This document shows positions 33,261 through 44,536 of a stretch of DNA of 64,000 nucleotides, one piece after another; positions within the stretch are counted from its first letter, which is position 1; each line of letters starts with the position of its first letter. The position numbers were made by a program, and so were the translations under genes. This stretch comes from Desulfuromonadales bacterium (lineage in GTDB: Bacteria; Desulfobacterota; Desulfuromonadia; Desulfuromonadales; SZUA-540), in contig JAWSUS010000004.1 in the NCBI GenBank assembly GCA_033549025.1, positions 1-64,000 on the forward strand, given 5' to 3'. The notes under the pieces were generated by a model that was not told the DNA's origin, made no database searches, and saw only the letters and a list, made by a program, of their open reading frames with translations.

Positions 33261-34015
33261 GAGACTGTCGTTTTGATGATGCGGCTGGCGGCAAAGGCGG
33301 CGCCGAAGCCGTTGTCGATGTTGACCACGGTGACGCCGCTGGCACAGGAATTGAGCATGCCGAGCAGGGCCGCCACGCCGCCGAAAGCCGCTCCGTACCC
33401 GACGGAGGTGGGTACGGCGATGACCGGTACGCGCACGAGGCCACCGACCACGGAGGGCAGGGCGCCTTCCATGCCGGCGACGACGATGATCACGGCGGCC
33501 TTCTGCAGTTGGTCGGTGCGCGCCAGCAGGCGGTGGATACCGGCCACACCCACGTCGACCACTTCCTCGACCTGCAGGCCGAGCATACGGGCCGTCACGC
33601 TGGCTTCGCGGGCCACGGGCAGGTCGGAGGTGCCGGCGCAGACCACCAGGACCGCTCCAGTCGGCGGGGAGGTCTGCGGGTTCTGCACCAGGGTGAAGGT
33701 ACGGGCGAGTTCGTCGTATTCCCCCCGCGGGAAGGCGGTTCGCAGCGGTTCGGCGCGATCCGGCGGCAGGCGCGTCACCAGCACGTTGCTCCCCCGCTCC
33801 GCCATCTTGCCGACGATGGCCACCAGTTGCTCTGCCGTCTTGCGTTCGCCCAGGATGATCTCGGGGGCGCCTTGGCGCAGCTCGCGGTGATGGTCAATCT
33901 GGGCGATGCCGATATCCTCGAAGGGGAGAGCGCGCAGCCGCGCCATCCCTTCGTCGATGGAAAGGTGCTGATCGCGGATGGCGCTGAGCAGTTTATGGAG
34001 TTCGTCCTGGTTCAC
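33257..34015 (-). CDS. larB: Nickel-pincer cofactor carboxylase/hydrolase LarB
   Basis: DHHRELRQG, AGTSDLPVA, DVGVAGIHRL, AGMEGALPS, PTSVGYG and VNIDNGFGAA. Confidence 0.93.
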   Translation of the reverse strand: MNQDELHKLLSAIRDQHLSIDEGMARLRALPFEDIGIAQIDHHRELRQGAPEIILGERKTAEQLVAIVGKMAERGSNVLVTRLPPDRAEPLRTAFPRGEYDELARTFTLVQNPQTSPPTGAVLVVCAGTSDLPVAREASVTARMLGLQVEEVVDVGVAGIHRLLARTDQLQKAAVIIVVAGMEGALPSVVGGLVRVPVIAVPTSVGYGAAFGGVAALLGMLNSCASGVTVVNIDNGFGAAFAASRIIKTTVS

Positions 34016-34101
34016 GTCTTAACGGCCTTTGCGGACTGCGGAAGATTGAGCTGTAAAGAATAGCAAGGAACGGATGCTTTTCAACGTGGGGCTTGGGGAT
34101 G

Positions 34102-36381
<2,280 letters not shown>

Positions 36382-36396
36382 AGGGGTGAAACCTCG

Positions 36397-37188
36397 CTAT
36401 AGGGAGAGGGTCAAAACCAGGCTCCCGATCAGCCAACAGTAGATGGCGAAATAGAAGAGTCGGCGGCGGCGGATGATGGCCATCAGAAAGTGGATGGACA
36501 GCAACCCCGTAATAAATGCAATTCCCGCGCCAGCCAGGTAGAGGGGGAGACTGCCGGCGGGTACCGCCGAGAGGTCTCGCAGGGACAGCAGGGCGGCGCC
36601 GAATACGGCGGGCAGGGCCATGAGAAAAGAGAAGCGGGCCGCCGTTTCGCCGTCGACCCCCTTGAAGAGCAGGGTGGCGATGGTCGAGCCGGAGCGTGAA
36701 ATGCCGGGAATGATGGCCAGTCCCTGTACGGCCCCGACCACCAGGGCGTCAGACAGGGTGAGGGCCTCTTCCTTGCGCCCCTGCCGACGAAAGCGTTCGG
36801 CCAGAAAGAGGAGCAGGCCCGAGACCAGCAGCATCGAGCCGACGACAATAATGTTTTCAAAGAGTCCCTCGAAAAAGTCTTTAAAGGTCAGGCCGATGAT
36901 GGCCGTCGGCACGCTGGCCGCGATCAGGAGCAGCAGCAGGCGGCGATAGACGGCCGCCTCTTCGTTGCGGCGGAAGGGGGAGAGGGCCAGCAGGGCGATT
37001 TCACGGCGGAAATAGAAGATGACGGCGACCATGGTGCCAACGTGCAGCAGCACGTCGAAGAGGACGCCCGGTTGATGGAAGTCCGTCATATAGTGCTGGG
37101 CGATGGCTAGGTGTCCCGAAGAGGAGATGGGGAGAAATTCGCTGAGGCCCTGGATGAAGCCGAGGAAGATGGCCTGAAGTAGAGTCAT
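36397..37188 (-). CDS. uppP: Undecaprenyl-diphosphatase
   Basis: QGLSEFLPISSSGHL and PGISRSGST. Confidence 0.95.
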   Translation of the reverse strand: MTLLQAIFLGFIQGLSEFLPISSSGHLAIAQHYMTDFHQPGVLFDVLLHVGTMVAVIFYFRREIALLALSPFRRNEEAAVYRRLLLLLIAASVPTAIIGLTFKDFFEGLFENIIVVGSMLLVSGLLLFLAERFRRQGRKEEALTLSDALVVGAVQGLAIIPGISRSGSTIATLLFKGVDGETAARFSFLMALPAVFGAALLSLRDLSAVPAGSLPLYLAGAGIAFITGLLSIHFLMAIIRRRRLFYFAIYCWLIGSLVLTLSL

Positions 37189-37258
37189 GAAGAAGTTCCT
37201 TTATCTGTTCGCTTGAAGTCTGTCGCTGTAACGGTTGGGAAATGGCGATGGTCGCCTG

Positions 37259-38941
37259 TCAGAGTTCGAGGATGACAGGCAGAATGAGGGGCCGGCGCTC
37301 GATGGTCTTGTTGAAAAAGCGGCGCAGGGTCTTGCGCACTTCGACGCGTAACTCCTCCCAATCGGTGATGGTTTCGAGGTTGTGCTCGGCCAGCATGGCG
37401 CTGACCGCCTGGGCGGCTTCGTCCAGATAGGGGCGGCTTTCGTCTTCCGGCACGAAGCCGCGACTGAAGAGCTCGGGGCCGTAGAGGATGCGGCCGCTGG
37501 ACTGGTTGAGGGCCAGCAGAACCACCACCAGACCATGGTTGGCCAGGTGGCTGCGGTCGCGCAGTTCCATGGTGCCCACATCGCCGACCCCCTTGCCGTC
37601 GATGAAGACCCGCCCCGTCTCTACCTTTTCTTCCAGGGTGACGCCGTTGCGCGAAAGGGCCAGCGGGGTGCCATTTTCCAGTACCAGGGTGTTCGAAGGG
37701 GCCATCCCCATGGACTGGGCGAGCTGGGCATGCTTGACGAGGTGACGATACTCGCCATGGACGGGCACGAAATAGCGTGGCCGAACCAGGGAATGCACCA
37801 GCTTCAGTTCTTCGCGGCTGGCGTGACCGGAGACATGAATTTCACTGGTGCTTTCGTAGAAAACCTCGGCGCCGCGCCGGTAAAGATGGTTGATCACCTC
37901 GCTGATGGCCTTTTCGTTGCCCGGGATGAACTTGGAGGAGAGGATGACCGTATCCCCCTGCTCCAGCTTGATCTGCTTGTGATCGTCCATGGCGATGCGG
38001 GAGAGGGCGCTGCGGGGTTCCCCCTGGCTGCCGGTGGCGATAATGAGCAGCTTGTCCGCCGGGAGATGGCGGGCCTGACCGGGATCGACAAGAATGTCGT
38101 CCGGCATTTGCAGGTAGCCGAGCTGGCGGGCGATGGCGATGTTGGCCAGCATGCTGCGGCCGATGACCAGAATCTGGCGCCCCGCCGCCACGGCGGCGTC
38201 GGCCACCTGCTGAATGCGGTGGATGTTGGAGGAAAAGGTGGAGACCAGCACTTTGCCCGGGCAGCGCGGCACGATCTCCTGCAGGGCCTCGCCCACGGTG
38301 CGCTCCGACAGGGTGTATCCCTCTCTTTCCACGTTGGTGGAGTCGGCCAGCAGCAGCAGGACGCCCTCCTGCCCGTAGGCGGCCAGACGGGCCAGATCGG
38401 TATGCTGGCTGTCGACGGGGGTCAGGTCGAGCTTGAAATCGCCCGTGTGAACGATAAGGCCGGCCGGCGTGCGGATGGCAAAGCCGACACCATCGACGAT
38501 GGAGTGGGCGACCCGGAAGGGTTCGATGCCGAAACAGCCCAGGGTGAATGGCACGCCGGGTTCGATGGGGTTCAGGCTCGCCTTTTCCAGCAGATGGTGT
38601 TCGTCGAGCTTGTTCTGCAGCAGTCCGAGGGTAAGGGGCGTCCCGAAGATCGGCGGATTGCCCAGGGTATCGAGCAGAAAGGGGATGGCGCCGATGTGAT
38701 CCTCATGGCCGTGGGTCAGCACCAGCCCGCGGATGTCCTTCATCCGCTCCAGCAGGGGGGTGACGTCGGGGATGACCAGGTCGATCCCCATCATGTAGGC
38801 TTCCGGGAACATCAGGCCACAGTCGATGAGCAGCAAATCGCCGCGGCATTCGACGGCCATCATGTTCAGACCGATTTCGCCCAGGCCCCCCAGCGGGAGC
38901 AGTCGCACGGCATCGGGATGCAGAGGGGTATGGAGACTCAT
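37259..38941 (-). CDS. rnj: Ribonuclease J
   Basis: LGGLGEIGLN, THGHEDHIG, HTGDFKLD, TGSQGEP, HVSGHA and PVHGE. Confidence 0.96.
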   Translation of the reverse strand: MSLHTPLHPDAVRLLPLGGLGEIGLNMMAVECRGDLLLIDCGLMFPEAYMMGIDLVIPDVTPLLERMKDIRGLVLTHGHEDHIGAIPFLLDTLGNPPIFGTPLTLGLLQNKLDEHHLLEKASLNPIEPGVPFTLGCFGIEPFRVAHSIVDGVGFAIRTPAGLIVHTGDFKLDLTPVDSQHTDLARLAAYGQEGVLLLLADSTNVEREGYTLSERTVGEALQEIVPRCPGKVLVSTFSSNIHRIQQVADAAVAAGRQILVIGRSMLANIAIARQLGYLQMPDDILVDPGQARHLPADKLLIIATGSQGEPRSALSRIAMDDHKQIKLEQGDTVILSSKFIPGNEKAISEVINHLYRRGAEVFYESTSEIHVSGHASREELKLVHSLVRPRYFVPVHGEYRHLVKHAQLAQSMGMAPSNTLVLENGTPLALSRNGVTLEEKVETGRVFIDGKGVGDVGTMELRDRSHLANHGLVVVLLALNQSSGRILYGPELFSRGFVPEDESRPYLDEAAQAVSAMLAEHNLETITDWEELRVEVRKTLRRFFNKTIERRPLILPVILEL

Positions 38942-39654
38942 GCCGCTGAATCCTCGACTGATTGTCCGAGTGCGGCGGCGATGGGCTGCCGCACTTCTTC
39001 GATGAGGCGGTCCCGGTCAGCCGTCTGTCGGCCTGCCGTAGCTACCACGGGAAAGAAGCGGATGTGGATGTCGCCGGGTCTGAACGCCAGCCGACCTTTG
39101 CGCATAACGTCGCGGCTGCCGCCAATGGCGACGGGAACGATAGGGGTCTGGGCCGAAAGGGCGAGCAGAAAGCCGCCTTTTTTGAAAGGCAGCAGCCGAC
39201 CGTCCGCAGAGCGCGTTCCTTCGGGGAAGATGATCACCGAGGTGCCGGCGGCAATGCGCTGCGCCGCCACGGCCATGCTTTTGGCGGCCTGGCGCCGGTC
39301 GGAGCGATTGATGGGGATATAGCCGGTACGGGCCATGGCATAACCGAAAAGCGGGATGCGGAAGAGCTCCTCCTTGGCCATCCAGCGGAATTGCCCGGGG
39401 ATGCCGGCAAAGAGCGCCAGGATATCAACGTTGCTCTGATGGTTGGGCATGTAGACGACGGGTCGGGAGGCGTCGAGATGCTCGGTCCCCTCCACGATGA
39501 GCCTCACCCCGATGAGAGCCAGACCGAAACGGGCCCAGATCTTGGCGTAGGCGTGGAGCCAGTCCGGATTGATGAAGGATAGGGGGACTCCGGTAAGGAT
39601 GACGAAAAGGGTCCAGGGGATGAAAACGATCCAGGCGACCAGGGTGCGAAACAT
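38938..39654 (-). CDS. plsC: 1-acyl-sn-glycerol-3-phosphate acyltransferase
   Basis: NHQSNVD, FPEGTRS, FKKGGF and PIVPV. Confidence 0.92.
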   Translation of the reverse strand: MFRTLVAWIVFIPWTLFVILTGVPLSFINPDWLHAYAKIWARFGLALIGVRLIVEGTEHLDASRPVVYMPNHQSNVDILALFAGIPGQFRWMAKEELFRIPLFGYAMARTGYIPINRSDRRQAAKSMAVAAQRIAAGTSVIIFPEGTRSADGRLLPFKKGGFLLALSAQTPIVPVAIGGSRDVMRKGRLAFRPGDIHIRFFPVVATAGRQTADRDRLIEEVRQPIAAALGQSVEDSAA

Positions 39655-39685
39655 GCTGCCAAGCTCCTAACTTATTGAATAGGTG

Positions 39686-39715
39686 AGTGTACGAGAGATG
39701 GCGGCAGGGAGTCAA
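39686..39715 (-). promoter_or_regulatory. Sigma70 promoter for the plsC-rnj-uppP-ftsK block
   Basis: Minus strand TTGACT-18 nt-TACACT. Confidence 0.55.
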
Positions 39716-39734
39716 ACCTTTTTCGGCAAAGGCC

Positions 39735-39763
39735 TTTACACCCCGGGGTATTTTGGGTAAACT
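39735..39763 (+). promoter_or_regulatory. Sigma70 promoter for ssb
   Basis: TTTACA-17 nt-TAAACT. Confidence 0.55.
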
Positions 39764-39795
39764 CGCCCCATTCCCCTTTTTGGAGGTCTTTTTTT

Positions 39796-40269
39796 ATGTC
39801 CGTGAACAAAGTTATTCTTGTCGGCAACCTGGGTAAAGATCCTGAGTTGCGTTACACTCCCTCCGGGGCGGCCGTGGCCAATTTCACCATCGCCACCACC
39901 GAACGCTACAAAGACCGCGACGGCCAGACGCAGGAAAAGACCGAGTGGCACAACATCGTCGCCTGGCGTCAGCTCGCCGAGATCTGCGGCAAATATCTGC
40001 ACAAAGGCAAACAGGTCTACATCGAAGGAAAGATTCAGACGCGCTCCTACGACGATCGCGACGGCAACAAACGCTACATCACCGAGATTGTTGCCGACCA
40101 GATGCAGATGCTCGGCCGGGCCGGCGATGACAACAACGCCAACTACGGTCAGCAGCGCAACGCCGCTCCTCGCTCCAACCGCCCGGCGCCCGCCGCTTCT
40201 TCCGGGGCCCCGGCCTACGAGGACTACGCCGATCCCCCCTTTAACCCGGATGACGATATTCCCTTTTAA
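39796..40269 (+). CDS. ssb: Single-stranded DNA-binding protein
   Basis: [19 protein letters not shown] and C-terminal DDDIPF. Confidence 0.98.
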   Translation: MSVNKVILVGNLGKDPELRYTPSGAAVANFTIATTERYKDRDGQTQEKTEWHNIVAWRQLAEICGKYLHKGKQVYIEGKIQTRSYDDRDGNKRYITEIVADQMQMLGRAGDDNNANYGQQRNAAPRSNRPAPAASSGAPAYEDYADPPFNPDDDIPF

Positions 40270-40339
40270 TTTCCAGTTTTTACAGCACGCGTCAGCCAGG
40301 TAAGCGAGAATGAAAACTCCTTGATGCGGGAGCCCGACT

Positions 40340-40915
40340 GTGGAAGCAGGTGAGTTGAGAAAAAAGGTGTTGCTGAAGGCTCTGAATGATCCTGAGGACG
40401 CCGTGCGTCAAGCCGCTTCACAGGCTCTGGAGAAGATCGAAGCCTCCTGGTCGCTTTCCCATATCACCGCCCTGCTCAAGGAGGGGAACCGGGGCCAGCA
40501 GGTCAAGGCGCTCATCGCCCTGGAACGCATCGACAGTCTGCAGATATTCCCCCTGCTGCTGACTGCTCTCAAAAATCCCGATGCCGATATCCGGGCCGCC
40601 GCTGTGCAGGTGCTGGGTCACAAGGCGCATCCCAAAACCCTGGGTAACCTGGTCAAATACCTCAAGGATCCGCATCCGGCGGTACGGGTCCACTGTGCCG
40701 ACGCCCTGGGGAACTTCGCGGACGCCCGGCTGGTTCCCCTACTGGGGGCCTGTCTGCAGGATGCCGACGATGCCCTGGTGGTCAGCGCGGCGCGCTCCCT
40801 GGGTAAAATCGGCTCTCCGCAGGCGGAAGAGGCCCTGGCGACCGCGGCGGACGATCCCCGTGCCGCGGTACGGGCAGCGGCACTCCTGGCTCTGGCCGAA
40901 CTGAAGACCGCGTAA
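40340..40915 (+). CDS. HEAT-repeat (PBS-lyase-like) protein
   Basis: Repeated LxDxxxxVRxxAxxALG units (DPEDAVRQAA, NPDADIRAAAVQVLG, DPHPAVRVHCADALG). Confidence 0.85.
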   Translation: MEAGELRKKVLLKALNDPEDAVRQAASQALEKIEASWSLSHITALLKEGNRGQQVKALIALERIDSLQIFPLLLTALKNPDADIRAAAVQVLGHKAHPKTLGNLVKYLKDPHPAVRVHCADALGNFADARLVPLLGACLQDADDALVVSAARSLGKIGSPQAEEALATAADDPRAAVRAAALLALAELKTA

Positions 40916-40944
40916 CATCTTTTCCGACAAGATAAGATTCAATC

Positions 40945-40980
40945 CAAAGAGGCCGACACAGCAATGTGTCGGCCTCTTTG
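40945..40980. terminator. Bidirectional terminator between the HEAT gene and the HD-GYP gene
   Basis: CAAAGAGGCCGACACA-GCAA-TGTGTCGGCCTCTTTG perfect stem. Confidence 0.85.
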
Positions 40981-40982
40981 CT

Positions 40983-42317
40983 TCAATCAAGATAGTCGGC
41001 GATTTCGATCCCTTTACTGAAGGGGTCCACTTCGCCGACGATTTGCAGCTCATCAGCGGAACCGGGGCAGAAGAGTCGGGGCGGGTCGAGCTTGTTGCCT
41101 TCGGCGTCGAAGAGGATTTTCAGCCGGGTGGCGGAGCTGGCGTCACCGCCGACGGCGGTAACCAGCCCGATTTCATTGTTCTGCAGACGCACGAGACTGC
41201 CGACGGGGTAGGGCCCCAGGGCCTGGATGAACAGTTCGACGAACTGAGGGTGCAGCCTGGTACCGGCATTGTCCCGCAGCAGTTTGACGGCCTGCCGCGG
41301 CGTCACCGGCCGCTGGTAGGAGCGCAGGGTGGTGATGGCGTCGTAGGCGTCGGCGATGGACGCCATGTCCACCAGGGGAGACAGGCGTTTGCCGCGGCTG
41401 TCGGCCGGGTAGCCCTTGCGGTCGTACTGCAGATGGTGACACAGGGCGATGTCGACGACTACGGCGGGGATATCCTCCATTTGCTGCAGAATGTCAGCGC
41501 CGTCGCGCGGATGTTTTTTGATCTGTTCGAATTCCCCCTCGGTCAGGCGGCCGGGTTTGGTGATGATGCCGACATCCACTTTGAGCTTGCCCAGATCGTG
41601 CAGCATGCCGCCCAGGCCGATAATGCGCAGTTCTTCGGCCGAGAGGCCGCAGGCGCGTCCGACCGCCAGGGCGATGACCGAGACATTGACCGAATGGGTG
41701 AAGGTGTAGTTGTCGTAGTCCTTGATGAGGGAGAGAGCGAAAAGGGCATGGGGGTCGGACAGGGTGACTTCGACCATCCCCTTGACCGCCTGCATCGCTC
41801 CTTCCGAAGACGGAATTTTGCCCAGGCGCACGTCGTGGAAGATATCTTCCATGACGCGCAAGGCCCGGTCGTAGACCTTGCGGGGTTTGCGGGCGAACTC
41901 GTCATCGTCCGTCTTGTCGACGGAGGAGGGGCGGATGTGATGAACCCCCTTCTTGAGCAGGGCCGCTTCCAGGTCTTCGCCCTTGACGTCTCCTGCCCGG
42001 ACGATTTCCAGAAAGGACAGGATTTCCCCTCCCGTCAGGCCAGAGATAAATTCCAATCCCTCCACTTCCAGGGTTCGCAACGCCTGGGCCACGTCCTCTT
42101 CCGCCGGGGAGGGGTAGGCAAAGAGTTCCTCATCAAAAAAAAGCGTGTCGTCCATCAAGCCGAGTTTCAGGCGGGCCTTGTGGAGAAACAACCCGGCCAG
42201 CGTGGCCATAAGATCCTGCACCTGCTTCTGGATGGTCGGATGCGACGGCGCGTAAAGGCGCATGCCCTGAAAAGTGCGGGAAATTTTCTGGATGGCGTCT
42301 TTGTAAATCGTCTGCAT
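40983..42317 (-). CDS. HD-GYP cyclic-dinucleotide phosphodiesterase
   Basis: YTFTHSVNV, LHDLGK, KHP, HHLQYDRKGYP, ADAYDA and RSYQ. Confidence 0.9.
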   Translation of the reverse strand: MQTIYKDAIQKISRTFQGMRLYAPSHPTIQKQVQDLMATLAGLFLHKARLKLGLMDDTLFFDEELFAYPSPAEEDVAQALRTLEVEGLEFISGLTGGEILSFLEIVRAGDVKGEDLEAALLKKGVHHIRPSSVDKTDDDEFARKPRKVYDRALRVMEDIFHDVRLGKIPSSEGAMQAVKGMVEVTLSDPHALFALSLIKDYDNYTFTHSVNVSVIALAVGRACGLSAEELRIIGLGGMLHDLGKLKVDVGIITKPGRLTEGEFEQIKKHPRDGADILQQMEDIPAVVVDIALCHHLQYDRKGYPADSRGKRLSPLVDMASIADAYDAITTLRSYQRPVTPRQAVKLLRDNAGTRLHPQFVELFIQALGPYPVGSLVRLQNNEIGLVTAVGGDASSATRLKILFDAEGNKLDPPRLFCPGSADELQIVGEVDPFSKGIEIADYLD

Positions 42318-42321
42318 GAGT

Positions 42322-43902
42322 TCAGCCTTTTTTGAGTTGCTTCAGCGACTGGACTGCCGTGCGGGCCACCTGTTGGGCGGGATCTTCCGTGGCTTCCTCC
42401 AGGGCGCTAATGACCTCCGGGATGGGAAAACTGGCCAATGCCCCCGCCGCGGCGGCACGCAGATCATTAAAGCGAGAACGCTTCCAGAACTTTTTGCGGT
42501 GCAGCACTTCCAGCAGATGGGGCCAGGAGTCGGGGGCGGCAATTTCTCCCAGGGCACGGATGGCCTCTTTCTTCTCGTCCAGTTTTTTGACCAGAAAATC
42601 ATTCGACCGGATCACTTTCAGGAGAAAGGGGACGGCTGCCGGTTCCTTCATGGCTCCCAGAGAGAGAAAGGCCAGGCGGCGTAGATCCGGATCCTCGTCT
42701 TCGGCGACCTGCAGCAAAATGGCGAGGGCCTTGGGTCCGCCGATGCGGGAGAGGGAGCGAATCGCTTCGCGGCCAACGCGCACATCTTCGTGATTGAGCA
42801 GCGGGGTGAGAGCGGGGATGGCGGCGGGGTGGCGGATCTCGCCGAGAATGAAGACGACGTTGCGCTTGACATACCAGCGCTCGTCCTTGAGGTAGCTGGA
42901 CAGGATGGGGATCGCTTCCCCCCCCTGGCGTGACAGCAGTTCGGTAAGACAGCGCCTGGCCTGGCCACCTTTTTCGGCCGAAAGGCGCTCCATGGCGCGG
43001 CCGACGATGCGGCTGCCGTAAAACAGCAGAATGGTAATGATGGCTTCCTGTTCCTGGCGGGTGGCCAGGGGCAGGCAGAGCAGATCGACGAGATAGTCCA
43101 GGACATCGTCCATCCCCAGTTCGTCCAGGGTTTTGCGGGCGGCCTCACGACGCGGGACGGAGACCTGTTCCGACTGGGAATGCGTCAGCAGCAGGGCGAG
43201 AGCTTCGATGACCAGGTGACGTCCTTCGCTGTTCAGAACCTGGCGCAGTTGGGGCGGCAGTTCAAGCAGCAGGAGACGGTAACGGTCGTCCGAGATGTCC
43301 TGCTGAAGATTGCGCAGCAGTTCTTTCAGGTCGCGCAACTCCTTCGGCGTTTCTTCCGGCTTCTCGGCTGTTTCTTCGAGCAGAGGCTCGTCCCACTGAC
43401 GTGCGGCGCCGTCTGTGCCGGGATTGGCGGCGAGGGTCTTCTCGGCCTCCTCTCTGCGCTTGGCGATGCGGTCCAGTTGCAGCTCATTGAACCAGAGCGT
43501 CATTACCCGGGCCTGCAGCAGCAGCTCCTCGATACCGCCTTTTTGGGCGACAACCTCGGGGCGAATCGCCAGGGCGCGGGCGAGCCCCAACAGGTCGCGG
43601 TCCGAGAAGTCGGGCATCACCAGAACTTTCTGGACGCGACGGGCGAAAAAGGCCGTGGCCAACGGGGGAAGAAAGGGGACATTTTTTCCCACGTGCACGT
43701 CATTGAGAAGAAAATGGTCCCTGCGGACGGAAAAGATCAGGTTGCCCTCGGACAGCAGGGGGCGCCAGGCTTTTAACCCTTCCAGAATCTGGGCCCGGAG
43801 AGCGGGGTGGCCGGGAGGGTAGAAACTGGCCGCCTTCATGACCCGCGCCAGGGATCGGAGGGCGTTTTCGAGAAGAATGGGGTTGGGCTGGGGGTTGTCC
43901 AT
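42322..43902 (-). CDS. HEAT-repeat protein with an N-terminal domain similar to that of the adjacent HD-GYP
   Basis: C-terminal HEAT units (DERWYVKRNVVFILG, HEDVRVGREAIRSL); N-terminal FYPPGHP motif. Confidence 0.85.
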   Translation of the reverse strand: MDNPQPNPILLENALRSLARVMKAASFYPPGHPALRAQILEGLKAWRPLLSEGNLIFSVRRDHFLLNDVHVGKNVPFLPPLATAFFARRVQKVLVMPDFSDRDLLGLARALAIRPEVVAQKGGIEELLLQARVMTLWFNELQLDRIAKRREEAEKTLAANPGTDGAARQWDEPLLEETAEKPEETPKELRDLKELLRNLQQDISDDRYRLLLLELPPQLRQVLNSEGRHLVIEALALLLTHSQSEQVSVPRREAARKTLDELGMDDVLDYLVDLLCLPLATRQEQEAIITILLFYGSRIVGRAMERLSAEKGGQARRCLTELLSRQGGEAIPILSSYLKDERWYVKRNVVFILGEIRHPAAIPALTPLLNHEDVRVGREAIRSLSRIGGPKALAILLQVAEDEDPDLRRLAFLSLGAMKEPAAVPFLLKVIRSNDFLVKKLDEKKEAIRALGEIAAPDSWPHLLEVLHRKKFWKRSRFNDLRAAAAGALASFPIPEVISALEEATEDPAQQVARTAVQSLKQLKKG

Positions 43903-43965
43903 TCAGGGTTAATCCTTCGGTTTGTTCATTTATGGTCGCAGTCGTGCTTCACGAAAACTCCCGTT

Positions 43966-44535
43966 TCAGCGATCCTTGATCAGCGCCGAAACCGCCTTGA
44001 ATTCAGCGGTGCCCGCTTTTTGCAGCAGTTGGAAAAGCGCCATTTCCGTGGTCGTCACTGTGGCCCCGGCCAACCGGGCGCTGTCGAGGGCGGTGAGGAA
44101 ATCCGTCTTGTTTCGGGAGCAGATAGCGTCCCGGACCAGATGCACCTGATAACCCCGGCCCTGCAGATCGAGCAGGGTCTGAAAGACGCAGACATGCGCT
44201 TCCATGCCGACCAGCAGGATCTGGCGCGCCTTTTTTTCTTCCAGTGCGTCAAGAAAACTCTCTTCGCCGCAGCAGCTGAAACTGTTTTTCTCGATGATCG
44301 GGCCTTGAGCGTAGGAGGCGAGTTCCGGCACAGTGCCGCCCAGCCCTTTCGGATACTGCTCGGTGGCCAGGACGGGCAGGCCGATGATGCCGGCGGCCTC
44401 GGCGATGGCACGGATGTTGGTGATCACCTGCTGGCGGATGCGCTCATCCATGGCCGGCACCAGCCGCTCCTGCACATCGACAATGACCAGAACCGTACCG
44501 TCTTTTTTCAGCCAGAGTTTCTTGATCATATCCAT
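43966..44535 (-). CDS. Isochorismatase-family cysteine hydrolase
   Basis: IVDVQE, TEQYPKGLG, EKNSFSC and GMEAHVCV. AGGAGG RBS. Confidence 0.9.
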   Translation of the reverse strand: MDMIKKLWLKKDGTVLVIVDVQERLVPAMDERIRQQVITNIRAIAEAAGIIGLPVLATEQYPKGLGGTVPELASYAQGPIIEKNSFSCCGEESFLDALEEKKARQILLVGMEAHVCVFQTLLDLQGRGYQVHLVRDAICSRNKTDFLTALDSARLAGATVTTTEMALFQLLQKAGTAEFKAVSALIKDR

Positions 44536-44536
44536 A

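Noticed and set aside
31164..33890. 908-aa plus-strand ORF across cinA/pgpA/larC/larB, and other long antisense ORFs (22895-24973, 37382-39322, 50512-52149, 60336-61883)
   Set aside because: They mirror well-supported genes on the other strand. High GC3 removes antisense stops, and I recognise no domains in them.
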